Source: Buchnera aphidicola (Therioaphis trifolii) (lineage in GTDB: Bacteria; Pseudomonadota; Gammaproteobacteria; Enterobacterales; Enterobacteriaceae). Taken from it: 32,000 nt of DNA. Positions 20,523 to 30,506 of the stretch are shown here, piece after piece (position 1 is the first letter of the stretch; every line of letters begins with the position of its first letter). Both the position numbers and the translations under genes were made by a program. Below the pieces are notes generated by a model. The model was not told the DNA's origin and made no database searches. It saw only the letters and a list, made by a program, of their open reading frames with translations. The stretch is taken from NCBI RefSeq assembly GCF_005080705.1, contig NZ_CP032996.1, forward strand, positions 60,001 through 92,000, read 5' to 3'.

Positions 20523-21113
20523 ATGAATATAGTAATTTTAGATACAAATTGTTCTAATTTGTTATCTGTAAAATTATCTATTAAAAAATTAGGTTATCAT
20601 CCAATTATAAGTAGTGATGTAAATATTATTTCTCATGCTGATAAATTATTAATTCCTGGAGTAGGTAGTGCATCAGAAATTATTACACAATTATCTAAAA
20701 AAAAATTAATTAATGTAATTAAAAATATTTCTTGTCCAACCCTTGGTATATGTTTAGGAATGCAATTATTATCATCATTTAGTTCTGAATCTCATGGTGT
20801 TAAAATGATTGGAATTATTGATGTTCCAGTACAATTATTAGACTCTAAAGAATTACCATTACCTCATACAGGTTGGAATCAAATTACTATTACTAAATCA
20901 AATCCATTATTTAAAGATATTAATTCAGGTTCATGGTTTTATTTTATTCATAGTTATGCGTTTCCAATTAATGAATATACAATTGCTAATTCTTTTTATA
21001 ATGTATATTTTAGTTCTGCGATTCAAAAAAATAATTTTTTTGGTGTACAATTTCATCCAGAGAAATCTGGTTTATTAGGTTCGAAGTTATTATTAAATTT
21101 TTTAGAGATGTAA
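20523..21113 (+). CDS. hisH: Imidazole glycerol phosphate synthase, glutaminase subunit
   Basis: A class I amidotransferase: LIPGVGS, the GICLGMQLL Cys nucleophile, and FGVQFHPEKS. Its start abuts the hisB stop. Confidence 0.94.
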   Translation: MNIVILDTNCSNLLSVKLSIKKLGYHPIISSDVNIISHADKLLIPGVGSASEIITQLSKKKLINVIKNISCPTLGICLGMQLLSSFSSESHGVKMIGIIDVPVQLLDSKELPLPHTGWNQITITKSNPLFKDINSGSWFYFIHSYAFPINEYTIANSFYNVYFSSAIQKNNFFGVQFHPEKSGLLGSKLLLNFLEM

Positions 21114-21117
21114 ATTT

Positions 21118-21870
21118 ATGATTATTCCAGCAATAGATATTTTAAATAATAAAATAGTTCGATTATATCAAGGAAATTATGATTTAGTACAATATTATAA
21201 TTATAATGTATATGATTTAATAGAAAAATATTTATTTTATGGTATTAATATGGTTCATATAGTTGATCTTAATTCTGCTCGAAATCCTTTTGAGAAAAAA
21301 AATCAAGTTTTTTATAATATACTTAGTTATTTTAAAAATAAAATACAAATTGCTGGTGGTATTCGTTCTGAAAAAGATATAGAATATTTTTTATTAAATG
21401 GAGCAAAAAGAGTAGTTATTGGATCAGCAATTTTTAATAAAAAAAATAAAATAAAGAATTGGATTAAATATTATGGAAGTGAATATATTGTTATTGCTTT
21501 AGATATAAATATTATTAATAATGTTAATAATGTATTTATTAATGGATGGAAAGAAAATACTAATATTTGTTTAGAAGATATTTTAAAAAAATTATCATAT
21601 TTAGGAATTAAGTATATATTATGTACAGATATATCTAGAGATGGGACCTTATTAGGACCAAATTTTAAATTATATCGTAATCTTATTAATTCATTTCCTA
21701 ATTTTTATTTTCAATCTTCTGGAGGTATTTCTAGTGTAAATGATATTATTCAACTAAAAAAAATAGGTATTCACGATATTATTATTGGAAAAAGTTTATT
21801 AGAAAAAAAATTCAATATTATGGAGGCAATAAAATGTTGGCAAAAAGAATCATCCCTTGCCTCGATGTAA
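21118..21870 (+). CDS. hisA: ProFAR isomerase
   Basis: [21 protein letters not shown]...GGIRS...RDGTLLGPN...EAIKCW is colinear with E. coli HisA. The C-terminus is ~8 aa longer than in E. coli and overlaps hisF by 37 nt. Confidence 0.93.
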   Translation: MIIPAIDILNNKIVRLYQGNYDLVQYYNYNVYDLIEKYLFYGINMVHIVDLNSARNPFEKKNQVFYNILSYFKNKIQIAGGIRSEKDIEYFLLNGAKRVVIGSAIFNKKNKIKNWIKYYGSEYIVIALDINIINNVNNVFINGWKENTNICLEDILKKLSYLGIKYILCTDISRDGTLLGPNFKLYRNLINSFPNFYFQSSGGISSVNDIIQLKKIGIHDIIIGKSLLEKKFNIMEAIKCWQKESSLASM

Positions 21871-22607
21871 AAAATGGATTTGTTGTTAAAGGAGTTCAAT
21901 TTCGAAATCATATTATTGTAGGAAATATTATTGAACTTGCAAAAAAATATGTTCAAGATGGTGCAGATGAATTGGTTTTTTATGATATAAGTGCATCTAC
22001 TAATAATAATTTAGTTAATAAAAAATGGATATATCAAATTGCAGAAGTAATTGATATTCCATTTTGTGTTGCTGGGGGTATTAAGAATCTTAATGATGTT
22101 CAGGAAATTTTATCTTCTGGAGCAGATAAAATATCTATTAATTCTCCAGCAATTAATGATCCAAATTTAATTACTCGTATTGCTGATAAATTTGGATCTC
22201 AATGTATTGTAGTAGGTATAGATTCTTGGTTTGATAAAAATACTAAAAAATACTTAGTGTATCAATATACAGGGTGTTCAAAATCTACAAAAAAAACGAT
22301 TTGGGATACTATTTCATGGGTTAAGGAAGTTCAAAAAAAAGGTGCTGGAGAAATTGTATTAAATATGATGAATCAAGATGGTATTTGTCAAGGTTATGAT
22401 TTAAAACAATTAAAATATATCAAAAAAAATTGTCATGTTCCATTGATAGCATCTGGAGGTGCTGGTATTATGGATGATTTTTATCATGTTTTTAAAAATG
22501 TAAATGTAGAAGGTGCATTAGCTGCAACAGTATTTCATAAAAATATTTTTAATATTCAACAATTAAAAAAATTTTTAATTAAAAAAGGAATTAAAATTAG
22601 AATATGA
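21834..22607 (+). CDS. hisF: Imidazole glycerol phosphate synthase, cyclase subunit
   Basis: [26 protein letters not shown]...[11 protein letters not shown]...[14 protein letters not shown]...PLIASGGAG is nearly colinear with E. coli HisF. Confidence 0.96.
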   Translation: MLAKRIIPCLDVKNGFVVKGVQFRNHIIVGNIIELAKKYVQDGADELVFYDISASTNNNLVNKKWIYQIAEVIDIPFCVAGGIKNLNDVQEILSSGADKISINSPAINDPNLITRIADKFGSQCIVVGIDSWFDKNTKKYLVYQYTGCSKSTKKTIWDTISWVKEVQKKGAGEIVLNMMNQDGICQGYDLKQLKYIKKNCHVPLIASGGAGIMDDFYHVFKNVNVEGALAATVFHKNIFNIQQLKKFLIKKGIKIRI

Positions 22608-23215
22608 TAAAAAAAATATTACATATAAATTGGAAAAAAGTAAATGGATTAATTCCGTGTATTATACAAAATATTTTTTCTTCAGAAATTTTAATGCATG
22701 GATATATGAATATTGAAGCTTTAAATTTAACTCAAAAAAACAAAATAGTTACATTTTATTCAAGAACAAAAAAAAGATTATGGACAAAAGGTGAAACTTC
22801 TGGAAATTTTTTAAAAGTAATAGATCTTATTTTGGATTGTGATCAAGATAGCATATTAATATTAGTTAATCCAATAGGTAAAACATGTCATTTAGAAAAT
22901 ATTAGTTGTTTTAATGGAAATAAAACATATTATACAAATTTTTTTTATTTAGAAAAAATAATTAAAAGAAAAAAAAATATTTTTTTAGAAAAATCATATA
23001 CTTCTAATTTACATAAATTAGGTATTAATAGAATTGCTCAAAAGGTTGGAGAAGAAGCTATTGAAATAGTAATTGCTGCTATTAATAAAAATAAAGAAAA
23101 TATTATTAATGAATCTTCAGATTTAATATATCATCTTTTAGTATTATTACATAATCAAAATATAAATTTTAATGATATAATTAATAATTTAAATATCAGA
23201 AGAAAAAAAAAATAA
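22604..23215 (+). CDS. hisI: Bifunctional phosphoribosyl-AMP cyclohydrolase / phosphoribosyl-ATP pyrophosphatase
   Basis: A 203-aa protein; [18 protein letters not shown]...[16 protein letters not shown] (cyclohydrolase) followed by [12 protein letters not shown]...[11 protein letters not shown] (pyrophosphohydrolase). There is a 4-nt overlap with hisF. Confidence 0.93.
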   Translation: MIKKILHINWKKVNGLIPCIIQNIFSSEILMHGYMNIEALNLTQKNKIVTFYSRTKKRLWTKGETSGNFLKVIDLILDCDQDSILILVNPIGKTCHLENISCFNGNKTYYTNFFYLEKIIKRKKNIFLEKSYTSNLHKLGINRIAQKVGEEAIEIVIAAINKNKENIINESSDLIYHLLVLLHNQNINFNDIINNLNIRRKKK

Positions 23216-23282
23216 AATAAATTTTATTTTTATATATTTATATATATAAAAAATTTAAAAAATTTTTTAGGAGTTATGTTAT

Positions 23283-24683
23283 ATGAATAATGATATTGGG
23301 GTAATTGGCATGGCGGTCATGGGCCGTAATTTAGCATTAAATATTGCAAATCATGGTTATAATGTTTCAATTTTTAATCGTACTGTAAAAAAAACTAAAG
23401 ATGTAGTTTATAATAATCCTAAAAAAACAATATTTCCATTTTTTTTTATTAAAGATTTTTTAAATTCTTTGAAAAAACCCCGATGTATTTTTTTAATGGT
23501 TCAATCAGGATCTTCTGTAGATAATGTTATTTCTTCTCTTATTCCATATTTAAATTCTGGCGATATTATTATTGATGGAGGTAATTCTTTTTATAAAGAT
23601 ACTATTAGAAGATATCATGAATTATTAAAAGATAATATCAATTTTATTGGTGCAGGTATTTCTGGAGGTGAATATGGAGCATTAACTGGACCATCTATTA
23701 TGCCTGGGGGAAAAAAAGTAGTATATAATATTATTAAACCAATTTTAAAATCTATATCATCAAAATTTGATAATGAAGATTGTGTATCTTATATTGGTCC
23801 AGATGGATCTGGGCATTATGTAAAAATGGTTCATAATGGTATTGAATATGCTGATATGCAATTAATTTCAGAAACTTATTCAATATTAAAAAATATTTTA
23901 AATTTAAATAATGAAGAAATTTCAAATATTTTTAGTTTTTGGAATAAAGGTGAATTAAAAAGTTATTTAATTGAAATTACTAAAAATATTCTTTTAAAAA
24001 AAGATGGTAAACATGATTTAATTGATTGTATTTTAGATTCAGCAGTAAATAAAGGTACAGGTAAATGGACTTGTAAAAATGCTTTAGATTTAGAAGAATC
24101 ATTAACTATTATTACTAATTCTGTTTTTTCTAGATATTTATCATCTTTAAAATCACAAAGAACTTTAGCTTCAAAAATATTATCTGGTCCAAAAATTAAT
24201 TCAATTATTCATAATCAAGAAGATTTTATAGAAAAATTAAGACAAGCATTATATTTAGGAAAAATTATATCTTATTCTCAAGGATTTTCACAGTTAGGAA
24301 GTGCTTCTAAAAAATATTTTTGGAATTTAAAATGTGGTAATATTGCAAAAATTTTTCGTTCAGGTTGTATCATTCAAGCAGCTTGTTTAAATAAGATAGT
24401 TGATATATATAAATATGATGATATTATAATTAATTTATTATTTTCTCCATATTTTCAAGATATTTCTAATAAATATCATTCTTCATTACGTGAAATTGTA
24501 TCCTATGTAATCAAACAAGGTATTTCAATTCCTGCTTTTTCTTCTGCAATTACATATTATGATGGTTATAGAACAAAAGAATCTTCAGCTAATTTAATAC
24601 AAGCACAAAGAGATTATTTTGGTGCACATACTTATAAAAGATATGATAAAGAAGGTATTTATCATACTAATTGGATAGAATAA
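23283..24683 (+). CDS. gnd: 6-phosphogluconate dehydrogenase (decarboxylating)
   Basis: [30 protein letters not shown] matches E. coli Gnd [51 protein letters not shown] and [13 protein letters not shown] are present. AGGAG lies 9 nt upstream of the ATG. Confidence 0.95.
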   Translation: MNNDIGVIGMAVMGRNLALNIANHGYNVSIFNRTVKKTKDVVYNNPKKTIFPFFFIKDFLNSLKKPRCIFLMVQSGSSVDNVISSLIPYLNSGDIIIDGGNSFYKDTIRRYHELLKDNINFIGAGISGGEYGALTGPSIMPGGKKVVYNIIKPILKSISSKFDNEDCVSYIGPDGSGHYVKMVHNGIEYADMQLISETYSILKNILNLNNEEISNIFSFWNKGELKSYLIEITKNILLKKDGKHDLIDCILDSAVNKGTGKWTCKNALDLEESLTIITNSVFSRYLSSLKSQRTLASKILSGPKINSIIHNQEDFIEKLRQALYLGKIISYSQGFSQLGSASKKYFWNLKCGNIAKIFRSGCIIQAACLNKIVDIYKYDDIIINLLFSPYFQDISNKYHSSLREIVSYVIKQGISIPAFSSAITYYDGYRTKESSANLIQAQRDYFGAHTYKRYDKEGIYHTNWIE

Positions 24684-24812
24684 TTAAAAATTATATTTAT
24701 GATTTTAAATAGATTAATAAAAAAAATATTTTATAATAAATATTAGTCTATTTAAAAAATTAAAATAATTATGATATAATTTAATAATAATTTACTAATT
24801 TTCATTAAAATT

Positions 24813-26437
24813 ATGAATTTAAAAAAAAAATTTTAGTTACTTGTGCATTTCCTTATGCAAATGGTCCTATACATATAGGTCATATTTTAGAACATATTCA
24901 AGCTGATATATGGGTTCGTTATAAAAAAATGTTAGGTTATAATATTTTTTTTATTTGTTCTGATGATTCTCATGGTACAGCAATTTTATTAAAATCAAAA
25001 GAATTAAATATTTCTCCAAGAAAATTAATATCTAATATTTTTAAACAACATATATACGATTTACGGTGTTTTAATATTTCTTATGATAATTATTCTTCTA
25101 CACATCATGTAGAGAATTTAAATTTTGTAAAAAAAATATATTATAAACTTAAATTAAATAATTTAATTCAATTAAAAAAAACTATTCAATTATACGATAT
25201 AAAAGAAAAAATTTTTTTACCTGATCGATTTATTAAAGGTACTTGTCCAAAATGTTATTCAAAAAATCAATATGGAGATAATTGTTCAGTATGTGGATCT
25301 GTTTATAAAGCAATTGAATTAATTAATCCAATATCAAATATTTCAAATACTAAACCAATAATACGTAATTCTTGGCATATATTTTTAAATTTATCAATTG
25401 TACAAAATAAATTATATCAATGGATGCAAACTGGAGTTTTAAATAAAAGTATTTTAAATAAAATGAAAGAATGGTTTAATAAAGATTTAAAATCTTGGAA
25501 TATATCTAGAGATAAACCATATTTTGGATTTAAAATACCTGATTTTTTAGAAAAATATTTTTATGTTTGGTTAGATGCACCTATTGCTTATATTAGTACG
25601 TGTAAAGATTTATGTAAAAAAAATAAATTATTTAATTTTAATGAATTTTGGAATTTAAATTCTAATACAAAATTATATCAATTTATTGGAAAAGATATTA
25701 TATACTTTCATTCTTTATTTTGGCCAGCAATTTTAGAAGGTATTAATTTTAGAAAACCTACTAAAATTATTGTACATGGACATGTTACTATTCAAGGTTC
25801 TAAAATTTCTAAATCCCAGGGATCTGTAATTACGGTAAAAAAATGGTTAAAGTATTTTGATTCAGATAGTTTAAGATATTATTATGCTTCTAAATTATCT
25901 TCAAGTATTGAAGATATTGAATTTAATTTAAAAGATTTTTCTAATAAAATAAATTCAGATATTGTAAATAAAATTGTTAATTTAGCATCTCGTAGTTCAA
26001 GTTTTTTAAATAAATATTTTGATAATATGTTATCATCAAAATTAGAAAATATAGAATTATATGAAATATTTTTAAAAGTTTCAAATAAAATAAAATATTT
26101 TTTTGAAAATATGGAATTTAATATGGTAATAAAAGAAATAATAAAATTATCAGATATTGCAAATCAATATTTTAATAATAAAAAACCATGGACAATTATT
26201 ATTAAAAATAATAATAATAAATTACAAGAAATTTGTTCTATGGGTATTAATTTATTTAGATTAATTATGATTTATATTACACCAATTGTTCCTAATTTAT
26301 CAAAAAAAACAGAAAAATTTTTATTAACTTCTTTAAATTGGAATGATATTTATACACCATTATTATGTCATAAAATTTCTGTTTTTAAATGTTTATATAA
26401 AAGAATTGATTTAAATAGTATTCATAATTTTTTATGA
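24813..26437 (+). CDS. metG: Methionyl-tRNA synthetase; the ATG is out of frame with the body across an A10 tract; the C-terminal tRNA-binding domain is absent
   Basis: The frame open from 24809 encodes [34 protein letters not shown]..., then GTCPKCYSKNQYGDNCSVCG, YVWLDAPIAY and the KISKS (KMSKS-type) motif. It is colinear with E. coli MetG residues ~6-545. The only upstream ATG (24813) is in another frame and reaches TAG at 24834. See findings. Confidence 0.85.
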
Positions 26438-27727
26438 AATCAAATTTATCCAAGATATTCTCCATGTTTTAATAGTATGTGATTTTATATTATCTATATT
26501 TTGCATTCCTAATATAGAAATTAATTTATTATTATAAAATAAAAATGGTATACGATTTCTATTCCATGGTAAAATTTTATTTTCTTGAAAAATATTTTTT
26601 TTTTTTATATTTTTATTATTTAAATAAACTTTTTTATCTAATTGAAATCGTATATTAATTAAATCTAATTTTTTAGGTTTTGGTAATAATGTTCCATATT
26701 GATCTTGAATAAGAAATCCCATTTTTTCAGGTAATTTTAAGGGCTTTTGATAATTATACCAAAATATAATTTTATTTTTTATATTTTTATATTTTGGAAT
26801 ATAAAAAATTTTTTTTTTATATTTTTGTATTGTAATATTTTTAATATTTATTTTTTGATTAATATTATTTTTTAATACAATCATTTTATTATAAATATTT
26901 TTATTTTCTTTATAAGAAATTTTTTGATTTGTATTTATAAATAACCATTTTCTTATTAATAATTTTTGAATTTCTTGAGGATATTTATAAAATATTTTTA
27001 TTTTTATAGAATCATTAAATAATGTATTTTTAAAAATAATTTTTTCTAAAAAATAATTTATGGATATTTCTTGTTGATAACAGAATTTCATACTTCTAGT
27101 GCAATTTTGTATAAAATATGGCCATTTTTTTTGAATCTTATTAATTATCTTATTTCTAATAAAATTTCGATCATATTTGTTGTTTAGGTTACTATTATCA
27201 TTAATCCAATGTATATTATTTTTTATAGCCCAATTTTTTATTTTTGTTTTGTAAATTTTTAATAATGGACGTATAATAATTTTATTTTTATTTACAGAAT
27301 TAATATAAGGTATTCCAGATAATCCATAAACTCCTTTACTTCTTTTTAAAGATAAAAATAATGTTTCACATTGATCATTAAGATGATGTCCTGTTACTAA
27401 TATTTCATTTTTAATCATATTTTTTTTAATAATTTGATATCGTAATTTTCTTGCATTTTCTTGAAAATTATTTTTTTTTTTTATATTAATTTTTTTTATT
27501 ATTAATGTAATTAAAAATTTTTTACATATTTTTTTACAATGTTTCATCCATTTTTCTGATTCAGGATTTATTTGGTGATTAATATGAATAGCTCGAATTT
27601 GTAAAAATGGTTTTTTTATTATAAATGGAATCAATTGATATAATAAAACTGTTGAATCTAATCCTCCACTATAAGCAACTAAAATTTTTTGATTTTTTTT
27701 AATTTTTTTAATAAAATTACTAATCAA
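26432..27727 (-). CDS. tilS: tRNA(Ile)-lysidine synthase
   Basis: The N-terminal PP-loop ILVAYSGGLDSTVLL is present, with TGHHLNDQCETLFL and a length of 431 aa (E. coli TilS is 432 aa). Confidence 0.9.
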   Translation of the reverse strand: MISNFIKKIKKNQKILVAYSGGLDSTVLLYQLIPFIIKKPFLQIRAIHINHQINPESEKWMKHCKKICKKFLITLIIKKINIKKKNNFQENARKLRYQIIKKNMIKNEILVTGHHLNDQCETLFLSLKRSKGVYGLSGIPYINSVNKNKIIIRPLLKIYKTKIKNWAIKNNIHWINDNSNLNNKYDRNFIRNKIINKIQKKWPYFIQNCTRSMKFCYQQEISINYFLEKIIFKNTLFNDSIKIKIFYKYPQEIQKLLIRKWLFINTNQKISYKENKNIYNKMIVLKNNINQKINIKNITIQKYKKKIFYIPKYKNIKNKIIFWYNYQKPLKLPEKMGFLIQDQYGTLLPKPKKLDLINIRFQLDKKVYLNNKNIKKKNIFQENKILPWNRNRIPFLFYNNKLISILGMQNIDNIKSHTIKTWRISWINLIS

Positions 27728-27775
27728 ATGTAGTTTCCTATTATTTAATTAATATAAATTATTATAATTTATTTT

Positions 27776-27849
27776 TACGTTCGAGTGGATTCGAACCACT
27801 GACTTTCATCATGTCATGATGATACTCTAACCAACTGAGTTACGAACGT
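27776..27849 (-). tRNA. tRNA-Val (anticodon GAC), no encoded CCA
   Basis: The minus strand reads ACGTTCG TA ACTC AGTTGGTTA GAGT A TCATC ATGACAT GATGA AAGTC AGTGG TTCGAAT CCACT CGAACGT A. This gives a 7-bp acceptor stem, 4-bp D stem, 5-bp anticodon stem with loop AU-GAC-AU, 5-bp T stem with TTCGAAT loop, and discriminator A. It resembles E. coli tRNA-Val(GAC). Confidence 0.93.
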
Positions 27850-27941
27850 AAATTTTTAAAATAATATATTTTATATATTATAATATATCATATATATTAT
27901 AATTTTATAATTATTTTTTTATTTATTTATATAAGGTTTTT

Positions 27942-28562
27942 ATGTTTACTGGTATTGTACATGGGATTTCTATTGTATTATCTATTTTAAAAAAAAAAAA
28001 TTTTTTAACTTTAAAAACACAATTTCCAGTTTGTTTAATTAAAAATTTAAAAGTTGGCGCTTCCATTTCAAATAATGGATGTTGTTTAACAGTTTCAAAA
28101 ATTAAAAATTGTAATGTATATTTTGATATTATAGAAGAAACTTTAAAAAAAACTAATTTTTCTTTATTAAAAATTGGTTCTCAAATTAATATTGAACGAT
28201 CATTAAAATATGGGGATGAAATTGGTGGTCATTTTATTTTAGGGCATATTATCGGTACAGCAAAAATATTAAATATTATGAATTCTGATAATAATAAAAA
28301 AATTTTTTTTCAAGTGAATGATTCTAAAATAATGAAATATATTTTTTTTAAAGGGTTTATTTCAATTGATGGTATTAGTTTAACTATAGGTAATGTATTA
28401 AAAAATGGTTTTTATATATCTTTTATTCCAGAAACAATAATGTCTACAAATATAAAATTAAAAAATATAGGTGATATTGTAAATATAGAAATAGATTATT
28501 ATACACAAATTATTATTGATAAATTAGAATCATATATTAATATAAATACATTAAAAAAATAA
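27942..28562 (+). CDS. ribC: Riboflavin synthase (alpha chain; ribC, also called ribE)
   Basis: MFTGIVHG...GASISNNGCCLTV...NIERSLKYGDEIGGHFILGHI...GFISIDGISLTIG...IPETI...NIEID is colinear with E. coli riboflavin synthase. Confidence 0.93.
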   Translation: MFTGIVHGISIVLSILKKKNFLTLKTQFPVCLIKNLKVGASISNNGCCLTVSKIKNCNVYFDIIEETLKKTNFSLLKIGSQINIERSLKYGDEIGGHFILGHIIGTAKILNIMNSDNNKKIFFQVNDSKIMKYIFFKGFISIDGISLTIGNVLKNGFYISFIPETIMSTNIKLKNIGDIVNIEIDYYTQIIIDKLESYININTLKK

Positions 28563-28647
28563 ATATAATAACATTTAATATAAATTTAAATGATGTTAAT
28601 AAAATATATATTTTATTTTTTTTATACATTAGGTTATATAATATTTT

Positions 28648-29910
28648 ATGAATAAAAATAATTTATTAGATGAATTAGAATTACGAGGATTCATTTCTAA
28701 GATTAGTAATATATCAGATTTAAAAAAAAATATTAATCATTCTTATATTTCTGTATATTGTGGATTTGATCCTACATCAAATAGTTTACATGTGGGTCAT
28801 CTTTTACCATTATTTTGTTTACAATGGTTTCAACATTATGGACATAAATTATTTATTTTAGTAGGATATGCTACTAGTTTAATTGGAGATCCTTCATTTA
28901 AAAAAGAAGAACGTTTAATTAATATTTCAAATAATTTTTTATTTTGGACTCAAGATATTATTAATCAAATTAAAAAATTTTTTAAACAAAATAATTTAAA
29001 TTCGCCAATTATTTTAAATAATTATGATTGGTTTAAAGAGATAAAAATAATTCCATTTTTAAGAAATATTGGAAAATTATTTTCTATTAATACTATGATT
29101 AATAAAAAATCTGTTAAAAATAGAATTAATAGAATTGAAAAAGGTATATCATTTACAGAATTTTCATATAGTTTACTTCAAGCATATGATTTTTTACAAT
29201 TATATCAAAAATATAAAGTAATTTTACAAATTGGTGGATCTGATCAATGGGGAAATATTGTTTCTGGAATTGATTTAATACGTAAAATACATCATAAGCA
29301 AGTATTTGGATTGACTGTACCTTTATTAATTCAAGAAAATGGAATTAAATTTGGAAAAACAGAAAATAATAAAACTATTTGGTTAAATAGTAAACGTACT
29401 AGTCCTTATTCTTTTTATCAATTTTGGTTAAATATCAATGATAATCAAGTATATAAATTTTTAAAATTATTTACTTTTTTTAGTTTATCTAAAATTAATG
29501 AAATAAAGAATTCTAATACTAATATTCGAAATGTTAAATTAATTCTTGCGGATTATATTACAAATATTGTTCATGGAAAAAAAAAATTACATGCTGCTAA
29601 AAGAATTACTGAAAATTTATTTTATGGAAATATTTTTAATTTAAAGAAATCAGATTTTTATCAACTAAAACAAGATGGTATGTTTAGTATTAAAGTATCT
29701 GAATTAGAAGATTTAAAGCAAGTATTGGTAAATTCAAAATTGTCATTATCACGTAGTGATGCTCATCGTTTAATTTTAAATAATGCAATTAAAATTAATA
29801 ATCGTAAAGAAAAAAATCCAAATTATAAGTTTTTAAATTCAGATAAATTATTTGAAAAATTTACTATATTATCAAAAGGAAAAAAAAATCATTTATTATT
29901 ATGTTGGTAA
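28648..29910 (+). CDS. tyrS: Tyrosyl-tRNA synthetase
   Basis: YCGFDPTSNSLHVGHLLPL (HIGH), GGSDQWGNI, KFGKT (KMSKS-type) and the C-terminal S4-like domain are present. Length is 420 aa vs 424 in E. coli. Confidence 0.94.
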   Translation: MNKNNLLDELELRGFISKISNISDLKKNINHSYISVYCGFDPTSNSLHVGHLLPLFCLQWFQHYGHKLFILVGYATSLIGDPSFKKEERLINISNNFLFWTQDIINQIKKFFKQNNLNSPIILNNYDWFKEIKIIPFLRNIGKLFSINTMINKKSVKNRINRIEKGISFTEFSYSLLQAYDFLQLYQKYKVILQIGGSDQWGNIVSGIDLIRKIHHKQVFGLTVPLLIQENGIKFGKTENNKTIWLNSKRTSPYSFYQFWLNINDNQVYKFLKLFTFFSLSKINEIKNSNTNIRNVKLILADYITNIVHGKKKLHAAKRITENLFYGNIFNLKKSDFYQLKQDGMFSIKVSELEDLKQVLVNSKLSLSRSDAHRLILNNAIKINNRKEKNPNYKFLNSDKLFEKFTILSKGKKNHLLLCW

Positions 29911-29912
29911 AA

Positions 29913-30296
29913 TTAAATTTTATTAATTTTATTTACATTTTTAATATAAAAACTACTTCCACATCCACAATATTCATTAATTTGTGGATTATTAAATTGA
30001 ATATTCATATTAATTCCATCAGTTGTAATAAAATCTATTATTGTACCATCTATGAATGGCATATCTGTTATTGGAATATATATTTTAATATTATTTTTTA
30101 TATATATATAAGATTTATTTATTTCTTTTTGATTATTAATATTAATTAATAATAAATTATATTTAAATCCTGCACATCCAGATTTTTTTATATTAATTTT
30201 TATTCCTATAGTATTTTTATTTTTATGTATTAAGTTTGTAAAATATTTTTGCGCTAATTTAGTTAATTTTATTCCAATCCATTTTTTAGAATTCAT
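29913..30296 (-). CDS. sufA: A-type iron-sulfur cluster carrier, closest to SufA
   Basis: KKSGCAGFKYNL and IYIPITDMPFIDGTIIDFITTDG...FNNPQINEYCGCGSSF match E. coli SufA (KQTGCAGFGYVL; LFVPLQAMPFIDGTEVDFVREG...FHNPKAQNECGCGESF). All three Cys ligands are kept. There is a ~9-aa C-terminal extension. Confidence 0.85.
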   Translation of the reverse strand: MNSKKWIGIKLTKLAQKYFTNLIHKNKNTIGIKINIKKSGCAGFKYNLLLININNQKEINKSYIYIKNNIKIYIPITDMPFIDGTIIDFITTDGINMNIQFNNPQINEYCGCGSSFYIKNVNKINKI

Positions 30297-30506
30297 ATGT
30301 TATTAAATATATTAAATATTATATTTTAATTTGTATTTATTGTATCAAAAAATTATTTTTATATCAAAAATATATTTTTTAATATAAATATTTTTTATTT
30401 TAAAGTATTTTTATTAAAATAATTATTCAATTTCATTATATATATTTAAATATATTAATATTTATTAATTTTAAAATAAATATTAAATTAAAATAAGGAA
30501 ATTTAT

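Noticed and set aside
23276-23290. Mini-ORF ATG TTA TAT GAA TAA overlapping the gnd start
   Set aside because: Its ATG is only 2 nt from the AGGAG Shine-Dalgarno sequence, which is too close. The gnd ATG at 23283 has optimal spacing and full homology.
24929-24931. Met 24929 as the true metG start (the ORF-track call)
   Set aside because: It would delete the conserved HIGH-motif segment. That segment is encoded intact in the same frame immediately upstream, so its conservation argues it is translated.
29901-30149. 82-aa plus-strand ORF after tyrS
   Set aside because: It is antisense to sufA, whose frame has clear homology and conserved Cys ligands. The product is Ile/Asn/Phe low-complexity.
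30330-30400. Near-repeat tatcaaaaa(a)tta/tat... units and other A/T-rich quasi-repeats that could suggest tandem repeats or a CRISPR-like array
   Set aside because: The units are short, imperfect, low-complexity A/T sequence with no regular spacer periodicity. This is expected by chance at this base composition.
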